DNA of 64,000 nucleotides from an uncultured delta proteobacterium (GTDB taxonomy: Bacteria; Myxococcota; Kuafuiibacteriia; Kuafuiibacteriales; Kuafuiibacteriaceae), in assembly GCA_963803435.1 (NCBI GenBank), contig CAWDML010000001.1, positions 576,001 to 640,000 on the forward strand, read 5' to 3'. Positions 9,167-19,079 of the stretch are shown here, in pieces. Under the pieces are notes generated by a model. That model ran no database searches, had not been told where the DNA came from, and saw only the letters and a list, made by a program, of their open reading frames with translations. Numbering within the stretch: the first letter of the stretch is position 1; every line of letters starts with the position of its first letter. The position numbers and the translations under genes were made by a program.

Positions 9167-10564
9167 ATGACAGCTCGAAAGGTCGTGGTCGGGGGCACCG
9201 TTCTGACCGCAGCGGACGAATACAAGGCCGACGTCATCGTCGAGGACGACAAGATCACCGGCATCGTCAAGCCGGGCTCAGGCCCGGCCGACGCGGAGAA
9301 GATCGACGCCAAGGGCTGCTACGTGATGCCCGGCGGCATCGACGCCCACACCCACCTCGACATGCCGTTCGGCGGCACGGTCTCCGCCGACGACTTCGAG
9401 TCGGGCACCATCGCCGCCGCGTTCGGCGGGACCACCACCATCATCGACTTCGCCATCCAGCAGAAGGGCGGCTCGCTCCGCGCAGGCGCTCGACACCTGG
9501 CACGGCAAGGCCGAGGGCAAGGCGGCGATCGACTACGGCTTCCACATGATCGCGACCGACCTGCCGGCCGCCGAGCTCCAGGCGATGAAGGACATCGTCC
9601 GACGAGGGCGTCACCAGCTTCAAGCTGTTCATGGCGTATCCGGGCGTGCTGCTCCTCGACGATCAATCGATCTTCCGCGCATGCTGCGCGCCGGCGAGAT
9701 CGGCGCGCTGATCACGATGCACGCCGAGACCGGGCTGCCCATCGACGTGCTCGTCGAGCGGGCGCTCGCCGCCGGCAACACGGCGCCGATCTATCACGCC
9801 CTCACCCGCCCGCAGGTGGCGGAGGCGACCGGCACCGAGCGGGCGATCGCGCTGGCCGAGATGGCGAACGTGCCCGTCTACATCGTGCACCTGTCGGCCG
9901 AGCGCGCCCTCGAGCGCGTGATGGAGGCCCGCGACCGCGGCCTGCCGGCGTACGCCGAGACCTGCCCGCAGTACCTCTTCCTCAGCGAGGACGATCTGCG
10001 CGGTACGCCCGAGGATCGCTTCCAGGGCGCGAAGTACGTGTGCACGCCGCCGCTCCGGCCGCACCACCACCATGAGCCACCTCTGGCGCGGCCTGCGGAA
10101 CTACGATCTCCAGGTGGTCGCGACCGACCACTGTCCGTTCTGCTTGAAGGGGCAGAAGGAGCTCGGCCGCGACAGCTTCGCCAAGATCCCCAACGGCATG
10201 CCCGGCGTCGAGACGCGCCTACACCTGCTCTGGGACGCGGTCCGGCAGGGCAAGATCTCGATGAACCGCTTCGTCGAGATCACTTCGACCGCGCCCGCGA
10301 AGATCTTCGGCATGTACCCGCGCAAGGGCTCGGTCGCGATCGGCTGCCGACGCCGATCTGGTGGTGTGGGATCCGGAGAAGCGGCTCCGCCTGTCGCAGG
10401 AGAACCTGCACATGCGGGTCGACTACGCGGCCTATCCGGACAAGGAGGTGATCGGCGCGCCCCGCACGGTCCTCTCCCGCGGTGAGACCGTGATCCACGA
10501 CTCCAAGCTCCTGGGGAAGCCGGGCCGCGGTCGGTTCATCAAGCGCGACCGCTTCAGCCTCTGA
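9167..10564 (+). CDS. hydA: Dihydropyrimidinase / D-hydantoinase, frameshifted in this assembly
   Basis: PGGIDAHTHLDMPFGG, GTIAAAFGGTTTIIDF, SFKLFMAY, MHAE, YIVHLS, ETCPQYL, TDHCPF, IPNGMPGVETR, PAKIFG, ADLVVWDP occur in successive frames; about 5 shifts near 9481, 9600, 9680, 10070, 10346. Confidence 0.85.
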
Positions 10565-11276
10565 GCCGCGCCGCGTAGAGGCGCTCGTAGATCGGCTGCG
10601 CGTCGTCGACGATCGGCTGGAGGCGCGCCGGAATCTCCAGCGCTCGCGGCGAAGGGGGCTGAAAGCCCGTCGACGCCCACACCTTGTCGTACCAGTGCTT
10701 CGCCCACACGCCGTCGCTGTCGCGCGGCCCGGCCGGCCACGACAGCATCCGTTCGGAGAACGGGATCTGAAGGGCGGCGCAGAGCGCGGACAGCAGGCGG
10801 CGCGGATCCTCGAGGATGTCTCGGCTCTCGATCACCAGTGGCGGCACCTGGGCGCGGGCGGCCACCCAGTCGTAGATCTCGGCCTGCTGCGAGAAGCCGA
10901 GATCCTCGGCGGTCGGATTCGGGCGCGTCTTCGCGTAGGAGCTCAGCACCTCCGCCGGAGAGCGGATGAGGAAGCAGTGCACCATCGCGTCCATCCAGCC
11001 TCGCTCCACCTCCGGGAGCAGGTGATGGGTCATGTGCTTCTGGTACCAGATCGCCCTCCCCTTCGGGATGGGACCGACCAGGGCGCGCACGACGGCGCGC
11101 CAGTCGGTTGGCCCGGACGCGATCACCTCCTCGCGGCCCGGGTGATCGACGCCGGTGGTGGCCAGATAGTAGCCGTACAGCGGCTCGTCGACGACGGCGC
11201 AGTCCTCTCGGTTCTCGAACGCGCGCATCATCGCGGTGGAGATGTTGCGCGGTCCCGACCACATCGCGATCCTCAC
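10554..11276 (-). CDS. Sulfotransferase-like P-loop protein of the type associated with class IV aminotransferases
   Basis: RIAMWSGPRNISTAMMRAF, DEPLY, YQKHMTHH, FLIRSP, DGVWAKHWY, STGF; GTG overlaps the upstream stop. Confidence 0.8.
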   Translation of the reverse strand: MRIAMWSGPRNISTAMMRAFENREDCAVVDEPLYGYYLATTGVDHPGREEVIASGPTDWRAVVRALVGPIPKGRAIWYQKHMTHHLLPEVERGWMDAMVHCFLIRSPAEVLSSYAKTRPNPTAEDLGFSQQAEIYDWVAARAQVPPLVIESRDILEDPRRLLSALCAALQIPFSERMLSWPAGPRDSDGVWAKHWYDKVWASTGFQPPSPRALEIPARLQPIVDDAQPIYERLYAARLRG

Positions 11277-12184
11277 GGCGGACACTCTCTCTCGATCAGC
11301 TCGTGGTAATGGAGCCGGAGCTCGGAGGTCAGAGGGCCGGGCACGCCGTCGCCGATGCGACGGCCGTCGACCTCGCGCACCGGCGTGACGCCGCCGAAGG
11401 TCCCGGTCACGAAGGACTCGTCGGCGTCGTAGACCTCGGTGAGCGAGAAGTCGCGCTCGTGGGCGGGCACGCCGTGGGTCCGGGCGACCTCCAGGATCTT
11501 CGCCCGCGTCACGCCGCGCAGGCAGTAGCGCCCGGTGGAGGTGAAGAGCGCCCCCCGCTTCACGATGAAGAAGTTGGTCGAGTTGCAGGTGGCGACGAAG
11601 CCGTGCGGATCGAGCATCAGGCCCTCGTCGGCCCCGGCCTTGGCGGCCTGGATGCAGGCGACGATGCAGTTGAGCTTCGAGTGCGAGTTCCACCCGGGAT
11701 CCTGCACGTCGGGCGGCCCGCGGCGCACGTGCACCGTGAAGAGCGACAGGCCCCGGCGGAAGAGCTCGGGATCCGGCACCTTGTGCTCGGCGATGATCAC
11801 GACGGTGGGCCCGCCGACGTTGACCGACGGGCCCTGAAAGGGCGTCGACTTCAACCCGCGCGTGACCATCAGGCGGATGTGCACGTCGCCGATCATCCCG
11901 TTGGCCTCGGTGGTCTCGAGGATCGCGCGGGCGAGCTCGTCCTTCGTGAGCCCGATGTCGAGGTCGATCGCCTTGGCGCCTTGAAAGAGTCGGTCCAGAT
12001 GATCGCGGGCGAACGCCAGCTTGCCGTTGTGGAGGCGGAGGCCCTCCCAGACGCCGTCGCCCATGAGGAAGCCCGAGTCGAAGACCGAGACCACCGCCTC
12101 GCCCCGCGGGGTCAGACGGCCGTTGACGTAGACCAGGACGTGCAAGTTCCTCGGGTCGGCTCGGTGGGCGTGGGTTCCGGTCAT
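11273..12184 (-). CDS. Aminotransferase class IV (branched-chain/D-amino acid type)
   Basis: VSVFDSGFLMGDGVWEGLR, HLDRL, NSHSKLN (PLP Lys), GADEGLMLD, LRGVTR, DESFVTGT. Confidence 0.9.
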   Translation of the reverse strand: MTGTHAHRADPRNLHVLVYVNGRLTPRGEAVVSVFDSGFLMGDGVWEGLRLHNGKLAFARDHLDRLFQGAKAIDLDIGLTKDELARAILETTEANGMIGDVHIRLMVTRGLKSTPFQGPSVNVGGPTVVIIAEHKVPDPELFRRGLSLFTVHVRRGPPDVQDPGWNSHSKLNCIVACIQAAKAGADEGLMLDPHGFVATCNSTNFFIVKRGALFTSTGRYCLRGVTRAKILEVARTHGVPAHERDFSLTEVYDADESFVTGTFGGVTPVREVDGRRIGDGVPGPLTSELRLHYHELIERECPP

Positions 12185-12194
12185 CGACTGGCTC

Positions 12195-14306
12195 CTAGGC
12201 GCGACGCATGCTCAGCGAGATCCGACGTCGTGCGGTGTCCACTTCCAGCACCCTCACCTGGACCCGCTGGCCCACCTGCACCACCTCGTTGGGATCCTTC
12301 ACGAAGCGATCGGCGAGCTGGGAGACGTGGACCAGGCCGTCCTGATGGACGCCCACGTCGACGAACGCGCCGAAGGCGGCCACGTTGGTGACCACGCCCT
12401 CGAGGACCATCCCGCGCTCGAGATGCTCCAGCTCGGTGACGTCCTCGCGAAACGCCGGCCGCTCGAACTCCGCCCGGGGATCGCGGCCCGGCTTGACCAG
12501 CTCCTCGAGGATGTCGTCGAGCGTGAGGGCGCCCGCCTCCGCGGCGTACCGCTTGCGATCGATCCGCTTCACCAGCGCGCCGTTGCCGACCAGGTCCTGG
12601 AGCCGGACCGACAGGTCCTTCGCGATCCGCTCGACCAGCGCGTAGCGCTCCGGATGCACCGCGGAGGCGTCGAGCGGGTGCTCGCCGCCCCGGATCCGGA
12701 GGAAGCCGGCCGCCTGCTCGTACGCCTTGGGGCCGAGCCCCGAGACCGCGAGCAGCGACTCCCGGCGGCGGAACGCGCCCTTCTTCTCCCGGTGGGCCAC
12801 GATCTTCTTCGCCAGCTTGGGCCCGATCCCCGCGACATGCGTGAGGAGCGCGGCGCTCGCGGTGTTGAGATCGACGCCCACGTGGTTCACGCAGCTCTCC
12901 ACCACCTCCTCGAGCTTGCCCGAGAGCATCTTCTGATCGACGTCGTGCTGGTACTGCCCGACGCCGATCGCCTTCGGGTCGATCTTCACCAGCTCCGCCA
13001 GCGGGTCCTGCAGGCGGCGGGCGATCGAGATCGCGCCGCGCACCGTCAGGTCGAGCTCGGGGAACTCCTCGCGCGCCAGGTCCGACGCCGAGTACACGCT
13101 GGCGCCCGCCTCGTTCACCTGGACCACGAAGGTCTCCGCGGAGCCACCCTCGGCGAGGACGCTCTTCACGAACGCCTCCGCCTCGCGGCTGCCGGTGCCG
13201 TTCCCGATCGCGATCGCCTCGGGACGGTGCGAACGGACCAACCTCGAGAGCGTCTTCTTCGCCTCGGCGATCCCGCGCTCCGCGGTGAGATGGAGCGTCG
13301 CGTTCTCGACGAACCTCCCGGTCCCGTCGATCACCGCGCACTTGCACCCGGTCCGCAGGCCCGGGTCCACGCCGATCACCCGCTTGCCGCCGAACGGCGG
13401 GGCCAGCAGCAGGGTGCGGACGTTGCGGGCGAAGATCTCGACGGCCTCGCGATCGGCGCGGTCCTTGAGCCGCCCGCGGAGCTCGTTCTCCAGGCTGGGG
13501 AGCAAGAGGCGCACCACCCCGTCCTCGAGCGCCTGCATGAGCTGAGCGGCGAAGGGGGAGGCCCGGTCGACCCGCACGCCCGAGAGCGCGGCGCCCACCG
13601 CCTCCTTCTGGTCCACCTCGACGCCGACCTTGAGGATGCCCTCCTCCTCCCCGCGGCGGATCGCGAGGTAGCGGTGCGAGGGGATCTTCGCCACCGGCTC
13701 CCGATAGTCGTAGTAGTCCTCGAACTTGCTCCGCTCCTTCGCCTTGCCGCGGGCGGCCCTGGACGTGACGAGCCCCTTCGTCTCCTGAAGGTGCCTGAGC
13801 GCGGCCCGCACCCGCGCATCCTCGGCGATCCGCTCCGCCAGGATGTCCCGCGCGCCGGCCAGATCCTCCGGGGTCTCGGCCGAGGGATCCCCGGTTCGCG
13901 GCTGGGCCCAGATCCGATCGGCCAGCGGAAGCAGTCCGCGCTCTATGGCGATCGATGCCCGTGTCCGCCGCTTCTTCTTGTAAGGCAGGTACAGATCCTC
14001 GAGCTCCGCCTTGGTCCGGGCCCCCTCGATCTGCTTCCGGAGGGCCTCGGTGAGCGTCCCTTGCTCACCGATCGCCTCGAGGATCGCGGTCCTCCGCTGC
14101 TCCAGCTCGATCAGATAGTTTCGCCGCTCCTCGATCGCCCTGATCTGGACCTCGTCCAGCCCGCCGGTGGCCTCTTTGCGGTAGCGGGCGATGAAAGGGA
14201 CCGTATTGTCGGCCTCGAGCAGCCCGATCACCTGCTCGACCCGAGCCGGTGCGACCGAGAGCTCCTGCGCAATCTGGGGGACGGGATCGAAGTCGCGGGG
14301 CGACAT
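12195..14306 (-). CDS. tex: Tex-family RNA-binding transcriptional accessory protein
   Basis: TVPFIARYRKEATGGLDE, EDLYLPYKKKRRT, DPGLRTGCK, EAGASVYSAS, DPKAIGVGQYQHD, C-terminal S1 domain. Confidence 0.95.
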   Translation of the reverse strand: MSPRDFDPVPQIAQELSVAPARVEQVIGLLEADNTVPFIARYRKEATGGLDEVQIRAIEERRNYLIELEQRRTAILEAIGEQGTLTEALRKQIEGARTKAELEDLYLPYKKKRRTRASIAIERGLLPLADRIWAQPRTGDPSAETPEDLAGARDILAERIAEDARVRAALRHLQETKGLVTSRAARGKAKERSKFEDYYDYREPVAKIPSHRYLAIRRGEEEGILKVGVEVDQKEAVGAALSGVRVDRASPFAAQLMQALEDGVVRLLLPSLENELRGRLKDRADREAVEIFARNVRTLLLAPPFGGKRVIGVDPGLRTGCKCAVIDGTGRFVENATLHLTAERGIAEAKKTLSRLVRSHRPEAIAIGNGTGSREAEAFVKSVLAEGGSAETFVVQVNEAGASVYSASDLAREEFPELDLTVRGAISIARRLQDPLAELVKIDPKAIGVGQYQHDVDQKMLSGKLEEVVESCVNHVGVDLNTASAALLTHVAGIGPKLAKKIVAHREKKGAFRRRESLLAVSGLGPKAYEQAAGFLRIRGGEHPLDASAVHPERYALVERIAKDLSVRLQDLVGNGALVKRIDRKRYAAEAGALTLDDILEELVKPGRDPRAEFERPAFREDVTELEHLERGMVLEGVVTNVAAFGAFVDVGVHQDGLVHVSQLADRFVKDPNEVVQVGQRVQVRVLEVDTARRRISLSMRRA

Positions 14307-14326
14307 GGGTTGGGGAGCCTACCACA

Positions 14327-14400
14327 TTGACAGGCCGCGCTGTCGGCGTAAGACCATTCATCGGATGAACGCTCGTTCATCTCCTGAACGGAGAGTTCAG
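14327..14400 (+). promoter_or_regulatory. Putative tetR promoter (-35 TTGACA) followed by an array of inverted-repeat operators over the start codon
   Basis: TTGACA at 14327-14332; perfect palindrome GATGAACG-CT-CGTTCATC at 14364-14381; further alternating TGAAC/GTTCA half-sites to 14400. The -10 box is not clear. Confidence 0.6.
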
Positions 14401-14982
14401 CGGTTGCGGGATCGGCAGCGGGAGGAGACCTCCGCCGCCATCCTGCGAGCGGCCGAAATCGTGTTTGGGGAGCAAGGCATCCACCGGGCTGGCATGAGCG
14501 AGATCGCCGCCCGTGCCGGCGTGGCCGTCGGCACGCTGTACAACCACTTCGCGGACCGCGACGCGCTCCTCACCGGCCTGTACGACCTGCATCGCCGCGA
14601 GCTGATCGAACAGCTCGACGCGCTCGAGGCCGAACCCTCGAGCGGCGTCTTCGCGGACGATCTGTCTGCGCTCCTCCGGACGCTGTTCTCCAACTTCGAG
14701 ACCCACCGCTCCTTCTTCTCCCTGATCTTCCAGGGCGAGCACAGCGGCCTCAAGAAGCCGAGCGCGACCGCCCAGGTCGTGCGCACGCGCGTCGAGAAGC
14801 TGATGCGGCGGGGGCTGCGCCAGAAGGTCCTTCGCGCCCGGCCCGCCAAGCTCTACGCGATCTTCTTGATGGGCCTGGTCCGCGGCACGCTGATCCAGCA
14901 TCTCCACGGCGACCCGATCCGCGATCTCGATCGCCGCGCCGACGAGATCGTCGACCTCTTCATCAACGGAGCGAAGCGATGA
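14365..14982 (+). CDS. TetR/AcrR-family transcriptional regulator
   Basis: AILRAAEIVFGEQG...MSEIAARAGVAVGTLYNHFADRDAL HTH; first gene of the efflux operon. Confidence 0.9.
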   Translation: MNARSSPERRVQRLRDRQREETSAAILRAAEIVFGEQGIHRAGMSEIAARAGVAVGTLYNHFADRDALLTGLYDLHRRELIEQLDALEAEPSSGVFADDLSALLRTLFSNFETHRSFFSLIFQGEHSGLKKPSATAQVVRTRVEKLMRRGLRQKVLRARPAKLYAIFLMGLVRGTLIQHLHGDPIRDLDRRADEIVDLFINGAKR

Positions 14983-16568
14983 CCGCCGAACGTGCGCCCG
15001 TCAACAAGTGGCTCGTCACGATCTCGGTGACGTTCGGGACGCTGATGGGCGCGATCGACGCCTCGATCGTCAACGTCGCCGTCCCCCACCTCCGCGGCGC
15101 CGTCGGCGCCACCATCGAAGAGATCACCTGGGTCACCACCGGCTTCGTGATCGCGACGGTCCTGGTGATGCCGCTGACCGCGTTCCTGGGCCGGCTCTTC
15201 GGACAGAAGCGCGTCTACATGTTCGCGCTCTCGATGTTCGTGATCGGCTCGATCCTCTGCGGAATGACCCGCTCGCTGCCGGGGCTGGTGGCCTTCCGCG
15301 TGCTCCAGGGGCTGGGCGCCGGTGCGCTCCAACCGACCGAGCAAGCCATCCTGCGCCAGACGTTTCCGCCGGAGGAGCAGGGCATGGCGATGGCGCTGTT
15401 CGGGATGGCGGTCGTGCTCGGCCCCGCCTTCGGCCCGACGCTGGGCGGGTACATCGTCGACAACTACGCGTGGCCCTGGATCTTCTACATCAACGTCCCG
15501 GTGGGCGTGCTGGCGCTGTTCATGGTCTCGCGCTTCGTGCACGAGCCCGAGGACATCCGGAAGGCGAACCTGGCGGCCGCGGAGCAGCAGAAGAAGCACA
15601 TGGATTGGCTGGGGATCGCGCTCCTCACCATCGGCCTCTCCGCCATGCAGTACACGCTCGAGGAGGGAGGCAAGAACGACTGGTTCGACAGCTCCACCAT
15701 CACCACCACCGCGCTGATCGCCGTGTTCGTGCTGGCCGCCTTCGTGATCCGCGAGATGACGGCGCCGGTCCCGGCGGTCGACGTCTCGCTGTTCAAGGAC
15801 AAGGTGTTCACCTCCGGCACGCTGGTCGGCGCCATGATGTTCGCGATGCTCCTCTCGATCACTTTCCTCCTCCCGGTGTTCATGCAGGAGCTCCTCGGAT
15901 TCACGGCGATGCAGTCGGGGATCGCGCTGATGCCGCGCTCGCTGATGATGATGGTGGCGATGCCGATGGTGGGCAGGCTCTACAACCGCATCTCGCCGCG
16001 CCTCTTCGTCGCCTTCGGGATCCTGCTGTTCGCGATCACCGCCTACCAGATGAGCCACTACACGCTGGCGACCGGCGCCTGGGACGTCGTGGGCGTCCTC
16101 CTGATCCAGGGCGTCGCCTTCGCGTGCCTGTTCATCCCGCTGACCACCGTCGCGCTCAGCACCATCCCCCGCCACAAGCTCGCCGACGCGACCGGGCTCA
16201 ACTCCCTGCTCAGGCAGATCGGCGGCTCGATCGGCCTGGCCGTGTTCGCCTCGCTGATCCCGCGCTACAGCACGCAGGCCGCCAACGGGCTGGCGGCCCA
16301 GGTGACGACCAGCCGCCCCCCCGTGGTGGAGCGCTTCAACATGCTCGTGCAGGGGTTGATCGCGAACGGCTACGACGCCGTCACCGCCCACAGCGCCGCA
16401 GGTCGCATCATCGGTGGGATCGTCCGCCGTCAGGCGACCGTTCTGGCCTTCGAGAAGCTCTTCCTGGTCGCCGGGATCACGTTCCTCTGCGTGCTCCCCG
16501 TGCTGATCTTCCTGCGCTCACCGCATCACCAGGCGCGCCGGCCCGCCGATGCGCACATCGAGATTTGA
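14979..16568 (+). CDS. DHA2-family MFS efflux permease (EmrB/QacA type)
   Basis: IDASIVNVAVP, WVTTGF, FRVLQGLGAG, GPAFGPTLGG, WPWIFYINVPVG, RQIGGSIG; 14-TM pattern. Confidence 0.93.
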   Translation: MTAERAPVNKWLVTISVTFGTLMGAIDASIVNVAVPHLRGAVGATIEEITWVTTGFVIATVLVMPLTAFLGRLFGQKRVYMFALSMFVIGSILCGMTRSLPGLVAFRVLQGLGAGALQPTEQAILRQTFPPEEQGMAMALFGMAVVLGPAFGPTLGGYIVDNYAWPWIFYINVPVGVLALFMVSRFVHEPEDIRKANLAAAEQQKKHMDWLGIALLTIGLSAMQYTLEEGGKNDWFDSSTITTTALIAVFVLAAFVIREMTAPVPAVDVSLFKDKVFTSGTLVGAMMFAMLLSITFLLPVFMQELLGFTAMQSGIALMPRSLMMMVAMPMVGRLYNRISPRLFVAFGILLFAITAYQMSHYTLATGAWDVVGVLLIQGVAFACLFIPLTTVALSTIPRHKLADATGLNSLLRQIGGSIGLAVFASLIPRYSTQAANGLAAQVTTSRPPVVERFNMLVQGLIANGYDAVTAHSAAGRIIGGIVRRQATVLAFEKLFLVAGITFLCVLPVLIFLRSPHHQARRPADAHIEI

Positions 16569-16571
16569 ACC

Positions 16572-17753
16572 ATGGATACCGCAAAGAAACCCAGCGCCCG
16601 CCGCCCCCTCGCGATCCTGGGAGGGATCGCGGTGTTCGTGCTCGTCGTGATCGGCGGCTACCTCCTGTTCACCGCCGGTGAGCAACACACCGACGACGCG
16701 CAGGTCCGCGCGGACGTGATCCCGGTGGCGGCGCGCGTGGGCGGCCAGATCGTCCGGGTCGCCGTGATCGAGAACCAGATCGTCGCCAAGGGTGATCTGA
16801 TCGCGGAGATTGACGACCGCGACCTCGCCGCCAGGAAGGTGCAGGCCGAGGCCGAGCTGGCCATGGCGACCGCGCAGGGGAGCGCGGCCGACGCGCAGGT
16901 CGCGGTGGTGGAGGCGTCCTCGCGTGGCGGGCTCGCCAGCGCGCAGGCGATGTTCTCCGGATCGTCCGCCGGCGTCTCCACAGCCGAGGCACAGGTCGCG
17001 GCGGCCAAGGCGGCGGTGACACGTGCGGAGGCCGAGGGCCGCCGTGCCGAGGCCGACCTCGAGCGCGCCAAGAAGCTGCGCGAGGAGAACGCGGTGCCGC
17101 AGCAGCGGCTCGACGATGCGCGCGCCGCCCACGACTCGGCGCAGGCCAACATGGTGCTGGCGCGAGCTCAGCTCAACGCCGCCGAGGAGGCGAAACGCAG
17201 CGCGGAGGCGCGCGTGCACGAGGCCAAGGGACGCCTCACCCAGAGCGAGCCGATCGACGCCCAGATCGCGGCTGCCCGCGCCAACGCCGACCTCGCCCAC
17301 GCGAAGATCAAGGCGAGCGAAGCCGCCCTCGACCTGGCCGAGCTCCAGCTCTCCTATTGCAAGATCACGGCGCCGGCCGCCGGCAACGCCTCGCAGCTGG
17401 GCGTCCACGAGGGCCAGCTGGTGGGTCCGGGTCAACCGATCCTCCGGATCGTCCCCACGGAGACGTACGTGATCGCGAACTTCAAGGAGACCCAGATCGG
17501 CGAGATGAAGGCGGGTCAGCGGGCGGAGATCACGCTCGACGCGTTCCCGGGCACGAAGCTCGCGGGCAAGGTCGAGAGCCTCTCCGGAGGAACGGGTGCC
17601 AGCTTCTCGCTCCTGCCCGCCGACAACGCGACGGGAAACTTCGTCAAGGTCGTTCAGCGCGTACCGGTTCGCATCGCCTGGGATCGGACTCCGGAGAGCA
17701 TCGTGCTCCGCTCCGGGCTGTCCGCCGAAGTCACGGTCGACGTGGATCGCTGA
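16572..17753 (+). CDS. EmrA/HlyD-family periplasmic adaptor
   Basis: N-terminal TM, TDDAQV, coiled coil, ANFKETQ, FSLLPADNATGNFVKVVQRVPVRI. Confidence 0.93.
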   Translation: MDTAKKPSARRPLAILGGIAVFVLVVIGGYLLFTAGEQHTDDAQVRADVIPVAARVGGQIVRVAVIENQIVAKGDLIAEIDDRDLAARKVQAEAELAMATAQGSAADAQVAVVEASSRGGLASAQAMFSGSSAGVSTAEAQVAAAKAAVTRAEAEGRRAEADLERAKKLREENAVPQQRLDDARAAHDSAQANMVLARAQLNAAEEAKRSAEARVHEAKGRLTQSEPIDAQIAAARANADLAHAKIKASEAALDLAELQLSYCKITAPAAGNASQLGVHEGQLVGPGQPILRIVPTETYVIANFKETQIGEMKAGQRAEITLDAFPGTKLAGKVESLSGGTGASFSLLPADNATGNFVKVVQRVPVRIAWDRTPESIVLRSGLSAEVTVDVDR

Positions 17754-17754
17754 G

Positions 17755-19032
17755 ATGTTGATCGCGATGATGACGTACGCGATCGCGCAGGGCGCGATCG
17801 GTGGACCGGAGCAGCTCACGGTGGATCGCGTGGTGGAGCTCGGGCTGGCCCGCCACCCAGAGGTGAACGCGGCGCGGGCCCAGGCCGAGAGCCGGCGGAA
17901 CGACGCGTCGAGCGTCCGCGGGCGCCTCTTCCCGACGATCGCGGTCTCGGACGAGTACGCGCACTATACCGAGCCCTTCACGATCGACTTCGGCGGCAAC
18001 GCGTTCGAGGCGCGCAAGCAAGACACCAACACGTTCGCCGCCTCCGCCACCCAGCCGCTGCTCGGCCTGCTGGGACGCATCGAGCACTACCGGGCGGCCC
18101 TCGCCGGCGCGGACGCCTCCGCGACCGAGCTGGCGGTCGCGGAGGCTTCGCTCCGCGAGGGGCTCGAGATCGCGTACCTCCAGCTGTTCGAGTCCCTGGC
18201 GCTGGAGTCGATCGCGCTCGAGTCCAAGCGCGAGCTCGACGCCCAGCGCGCCGTGGTCGAGTCCAAGGTGCGCGCGGGGGCCATGACCGACGCCGACCGG
18301 CTGCGGGTCGAGGTCAGCGCCCGAGCCGCGGAGCAGGAGGCGATCGAGGCGCGCACCCGGGCCGAGGGGGCGCGCGCCGTGCTCCTGGGCGCGATCGGCC
18401 TGTCGCCGGTGGCCAATACCGTGGAGCTGCTCGAGCCCGTGGAGCTGCTGAAGGTGAGCAAGTCAGCCCCGCCGAGCTACGACGAGGCGCACCAGACCGC
18501 GCTCGAGCAGCGCCCAGAGCTTCGCGCCGCCGTCCAGCGACAGGAGGCCGCCGACCACCAGCGCATGGCGGCTTGGTTCGACCTGCTGCCCGAGATCGAC
18601 GCCGAGGCCGTCTACCTCCACGCGGACGGCCAGACCTTCGTCCCCAACAATCAGGGCTATGTCGGCGTCACCGCGCGCTGGCGGGTGTTCGAGGGCGGCG
18701 CCAGCTTCTATCAGCAGCGCTCCGCTTCCGCGCAGGCCGAGGCGGCGGCGCTCTCGGCAGACGATGCGAAGGAGAAGATCGAGGTCGAGCTGGCCCAGCG
18801 CCTCGCCGCGCTGCGAGCGGCGCAGAGCGCTATCTCGGTCTCGGAGAAGGCGATCGAGAGCGCCACAGAGGCGTACCGGGTCATGAAGGTGCAGGTCGAG
18901 GAAGGCGCCGCCACCACCACCGATCTCCTCGACTCCGAATCCGCGCTCAGCCAGGCGCGGCTACGTCGCGCGCGCGCCGAATACGAGACCGCGATCGCCT
19001 GGGTGCAGCTGGTGCGGGCGCGCGGGCGTTGA
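17755..19032 (+). CDS. TolC-family outer-membrane efflux protein
   Basis: ATG 17755; two OEP repeats (LARHPEV...FPTI; LEQRPEL...LPEI), GAATTTDLLDSE. Confidence 0.85.
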   Translation: MLIAMMTYAIAQGAIGGPEQLTVDRVVELGLARHPEVNAARAQAESRRNDASSVRGRLFPTIAVSDEYAHYTEPFTIDFGGNAFEARKQDTNTFAASATQPLLGLLGRIEHYRAALAGADASATELAVAEASLREGLEIAYLQLFESLALESIALESKRELDAQRAVVESKVRAGAMTDADRLRVEVSARAAEQEAIEARTRAEGARAVLLGAIGLSPVANTVELLEPVELLKVSKSAPPSYDEAHQTALEQRPELRAAVQRQEAADHQRMAAWFDLLPEIDAEAVYLHADGQTFVPNNQGYVGVTARWRVFEGGASFYQQRSASAQAEAAALSADDAKEKIEVELAQRLAALRAAQSAISVSEKAIESATEAYRVMKVQVEEGAATTTDLLDSESALSQARLRRARAEYETAIAWVQLVRARGR

Positions 19033-19079
19033 CCTCCGCCTCACTACGGTCCCGACCAGCCGGGTGATACATTGCCTGG

